From Candidatus Zixiibacteriota bacterium (GTDB lineage: Bacteria > Zixibacteria > MSB-5A5 > GN15 > JACZUZ01): 64,000 bases of DNA. The notes under the pieces were generated by a model. That model was not told the origin of the DNA, ran no database searches, and saw only the letters and a program-made list of their open reading frames with translations. Position 1 is the stretch's first letter, and each line of letters begins with the position of its first letter. Where the stretch lies: assembly GCA_024280835.1 (NCBI GenBank), contig JAJRPJ010000006.1, positions 149,656 to 213,655 on the forward strand, in the 5' to 3' direction. Positions 60,984 through 64,000 of the stretch are shown piece by piece. A program made the position numbers and the translations under genes.

Positions 60984-62145
60984 GTTGACGCACATACGTA
61001 AGCCCCAGTTTGAAATGACTAAGCCAATGAGTCAAAACTGTTACAACTCAGTGGCCTCTGAAATGATGCTTCCAGAGATACATCGGGCCGTGCTTGATTC
61101 AATAACCGCAGGAAATAATGTGCAAAGTTCTGATGTCACGTTGCCGTTAAAGAGAGCGCTAGCGCAATATACAGGTGTCGCAACTGCAAATATAGCTGTT
61201 GCAACTAGCGCCGAAGAACCTATTCAAGCTCTGTCTCGAGATTCAGAACGAAATATCAAGCAGGTAACCATTGTTGGCCCTATATCCGATTCGGTTCAAC
61301 CTGTGCAGGATAACAACGCCAAATTGATTCCTTCACTGATTAACATCAAGCGCAGCGAAATCAAGAGCGCTATCCCAAAGTCAACTGGGATACTGTATCT
61401 TGCTAATCCAAATGCACTCAATGGAGATGTCTACAATCTTAAGGAGATTAGACACATCCTTGAAAGCGCTGGTACAAGCCTAGTTGTGATAGATGAGTCA
61501 TTATTTGAATATTGCAAAGCGACCTGCCTATCATTGCTCGATACGCATGACAATCTGGTCATCATTCGATCAATGACAAAGTCGTTCGGTATTCAACAAA
61601 CGCCTCTGGTCTACGCTCTTGGGGCGCCTGCAACAATCGCACAATTAGAAGCCACTATTGCCCAAGTTCCGCAACTGACACTGTCAACCGCGCAATGCGC
61701 CTTGAGTCGCCAGGACATAATGCGCCGCGCTATGGATATAGTTTGTGAAAATAGGGTGTATCTCACTGCCTTATTGCGTGCATTGAGAGTGACAATTATT
61801 CCGACATCAATAGACGTAATCCTAGTTCAAGTTCATGAGCCGAAATTGGCTCTGGCTCCATTGGCAAAGTATGGCGTGACAACTTGTGTAATAGAGCGTG
61901 ACGGACAAGAGCAGACATATCTACGAATTCCGATTGGCGCATATAGTTATTGCCGAAGTATTGTCGCCGCTATGACACTCTCGCCACGTGAATACTATCA
62001 AGTCACATCCAGCACAGTTGAACAGCAAAGAGGACAAACATCTATTCAGGATTACAAAGTAAGAAATCAGAACAACATATTTATCGATCACAACAGTAGA
62101 AAACATAACAGCAGCATTAATACAACAAAGGAAGCACAAAGATGA
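60976..62145 (+). CDS. Divergent HisC-like PLP-dependent aminotransferase-fold protein
   Basis: LANPNALNG, VIDES, RSMTKSFG, YLRIPIG. Confidence 0.6.
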   Translation: MSKLTHIRKPQFEMTKPMSQNCYNSVASEMMLPEIHRAVLDSITAGNNVQSSDVTLPLKRALAQYTGVATANIAVATSAEEPIQALSRDSERNIKQVTIVGPISDSVQPVQDNNAKLIPSLINIKRSEIKSAIPKSTGILYLANPNALNGDVYNLKEIRHILESAGTSLVVIDESLFEYCKATCLSLLDTHDNLVIIRSMTKSFGIQQTPLVYALGAPATIAQLEATIAQVPQLTLSTAQCALSRQDIMRRAMDIVCENRVYLTALLRALRVTIIPTSIDVILVQVHEPKLALAPLAKYGVTTCVIERDGQEQTYLRIPIGAYSYCRSIVAAMTLSPREYYQVTSSTVEQQRGQTSIQDYKVRNQNNIFIDHNSRKHNSSINTTKEAQR

Positions 62146-64000
62146 AGCAGGTCCTACAGTATCCCAAACGTGGTGAATTACGAATCGAAGATGTTCCATC
62201 ACCAGCTTTGAAAATTGGCGGCGTTGTTATAGAAAACAGAGCCTCACTACTTTCAGCTGGCACAGAGCGAGCCATAATCGAGATGGCGGAAAAATCGATT
62301 CTTGGAAAAGCCAAAGAACGTCCTGATCTTGTTCGTCAGGTCATTGAAAAAGTAAAAACCGAAGGAATGCTCAACACGTACCGCAAAGTCAAAAGTCGGC
62401 TCGATGCCCCAGCCCCTCTTGGTTATAGTTGCGCAGGTGTCGTTACAGAAGTGTCAGCGGAAATCAATGACCTAGCAGTTGGTCAACGTGTAGCCGCCGC
62501 TGGATTTGGCTATGCGTCGCATGCCGATTTGGTGTTTGTGCCGCGTAACTTGACTGCCGTCATTCCTGACAATGTCACAATGGATGAGGCGTCGTTTGTC
62601 ACACTTGGAGCCATCGCTTTGCAAGGTGTTCGTCAAGCAAACCCGACTCTAGGTGAAACCGTAGCCGTCATCGGCATGGGGTTACTAGGGCAATTAGCCG
62701 CGCAAATGCTAAAAGCCAATGGCTGTACTGTCATTGGCATGGACATCGATGATTCAAAATTGACTTTGGCGACTAAGTTGGGTTGCGCGTATGCTGTTAA
62801 TAACAACACGGCTGACACAGTGTCACTGACCCAAAGTCTGACAGGTGGACGTGGCGTTGATAAAGTCATCATCACTGCCGCTAGCGCTTCACCGACTATA
62901 TTGAACATGGCCGCGGAAATTTGCCGTCAACGAGGGCATATTACTGTCGTCGGCGCTGTCAAAATGGATCTCGATAGACGTCCATTCTACAATAAAGAAT
63001 TGTCTCTGAATCTCTCGCGTTCATATGGCCCAGGGCGCTACGACACAAAATACGAAGAGCAGGGTCATGATTATCCGATTGAGTATGTGCGTTGGACTGA
63101 ACGTAGAAACATGGAGTGCTTCTTGCAAATGATTGCTTGTGGCTCCGTCAATGTCCGCGATCTCATCACTCTCCGCTTTCCAATTGCTGATGCGGGAACG
63201 GGCTATGATATGATAATGGGTCGTGCGACAGAGAAAGATTTTCTCGGTGTGGTTATCAACTATGATTCCAACAATACAGACACAACTGGAAAATCAAGTA
63301 AAACATCAATTGTCAAAACGATGGCAATCAAACCATCTGGCGCCACTTCCAATACACACATGAAACTCGGCGCCCTTGGCTCGGGTGGATTTTCAACTGG
63401 CGTACTCTATCCGATTCTGCAAAATCTCAAGACAGTTGACTTGCATACTGTGGTCACTTCGAATGGCGTCAAAGCCATGAGTACCGCTCGTCAATTCGGG
63501 TTCGCCAATGCAGGCACTTCGTTTGAGGAAATGCTGACTAATCGCGAAATCAACGCCATGCTAATCGCCACACCACATAACTTGCATACAGAGCAGGTTA
63601 TCGATTCGCTCAAAGCCGGTAAGGATGTCTTTGTTGAAAAACCATTGGCAACAACCAAAGAAGAACTAACCAGTGTCATCACCGCGTATGAGAATAATCC
63701 GGGCACACTTATGGTAGGATTTAACCGTCGCTATTCTCCAGCGGCGCTGGCTGTTAAGAAACGTCTTCTCCAATCTGAAACACCAGCGATGTACATCTAC
63801 CGCATCAACGCTGGTTTCATCCCTAAAGAGAGTCCGTTGCAGGACGATACAATTGGAAAGGGGCGACTAATCGGTGAGGCTTGTCATTTCATTGACTTGA
63901 TCCACTATCTCTCTGGAGCAACAACCGAGACCGTGTTTACTGAGGGTGTTGGATTCACTGATAGCCAGTTCCTAACACAGGACAATGTCAATATGACTAT
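62142..64000 (+). CDS. Bi-domain oxidoreductase (MDR alcohol dehydrogenase + Gfo/Idh/MocA), partial
   Basis: Not in the ORF track (no stop within the window). From ATG 62142: MKQVLQ...SAGTE...RPDLVRQV...LGYSCAG...SRSYGPGRYD..YE..G.DYP..YVRWTE.RN, then FVEKPLA and VGFNRRYSP. Confidence 0.88.
   Translation, partial: MKQVLQYPKRGELRIEDVPSPALKIGGVVIENRASLLSAGTERAIIEMAEKSILGKAKERPDLVRQVIEKVKTEGMLNTYRKVKSRLDAPAPLGYSCAGVVTEVSAEINDLAVGQRVAAAGFGYASHADLVFVPRNLTAVIPDNVTMDEASFVTLGAIALQGVRQANPTLGETVAVIGMGLLGQLAAQMLKANGCTVIGMDIDDSKLTLATKLGCAYAVNNNTADTVSLTQSLTGGRGVDKVIITAASASPTILNMAAEICRQRGHITVVGAVKMDLDRRPFYNKELSLNLSRSYGPGRYDTKYEEQGHDYPIEYVRWTERRNMECFLQMIACGSVNVRDLITLRFPIADAGTGYDMIMGRATEKDFLGVVINYDSNNTDTTGKSSKTSIVKTMAIKPSGATSNTHMKLGALGSGGFSTGVLYPILQNLKTVDLHTVVTSNGVKAMSTARQFGFANAGTSFEEMLTNREINAMLIATPHNLHTEQVIDSLKAGKDVFVEKPLATTKEELTSVITAYENNPGTLMVGFNRRYSPAALAVKKRLLQSETPAMYIYRINAGFIPKESPLQDDTIGKGRLIGEACHFIDLIHYLSGATTETVFTEGVGFTDSQFLTQDNVNMT

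Overview
This is a gene-dense bacterial chromosomal segment with GC around the mid-40s % (estimated by eye). A FlgD-Ig/T9SS-type-A-like sorting tail and the overall gene content suggest an FCB-associated lineage such as Zixibacteria (inference). Order along the window: a partial secreted protein, ilvC, a pentaheme cytochrome c, a Pho cluster (phoB-phoR-porin-pstSCAB-phoU) with 11-bp-periodic Pho-box-like repeats, an ECF sigma/zinc anti-sigma pair, and an MMPL-LolA-like-OMP-DUF2892 operon converging on a periplasmic redox cluster (two paralogous TsdA/SoxA-like monoheme lipoproteins, a triheme cytochrome, a cupredoxin-motif protein). Next come an HI0933 flavoprotein, a secreted propeller protein and a chaperone-usher-type pilus locus with six subunit-like genes whose N-termini suggest distinct tip, shaft and terminator roles. 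After that are a T2SSE_N-HD-DUF4388 signalling protein, an exosortase-EpsI-UbiA-type III PKS run, an HD-GYP/HEAT pair and a large surface-polysaccharide locus (wbpA-like, rmd, gmd, degenerate phosphohexomutase, wza-like, wzz-like, wecB, heparinase II/III-like, wzy-like, glycosyltransferase, oxidoreductase) that runs off the right end. Notable extras: a shared TCC-N9-GGA + IHF-like + sigma54 promoter architecture at the pilus and polysaccharide genes, strong AGCGCT over-representation, and three single-point gene breaks. No rRNA, tRNA, CRISPR array or mobile element was recognised. All family calls come from motif recognition, not database searches.
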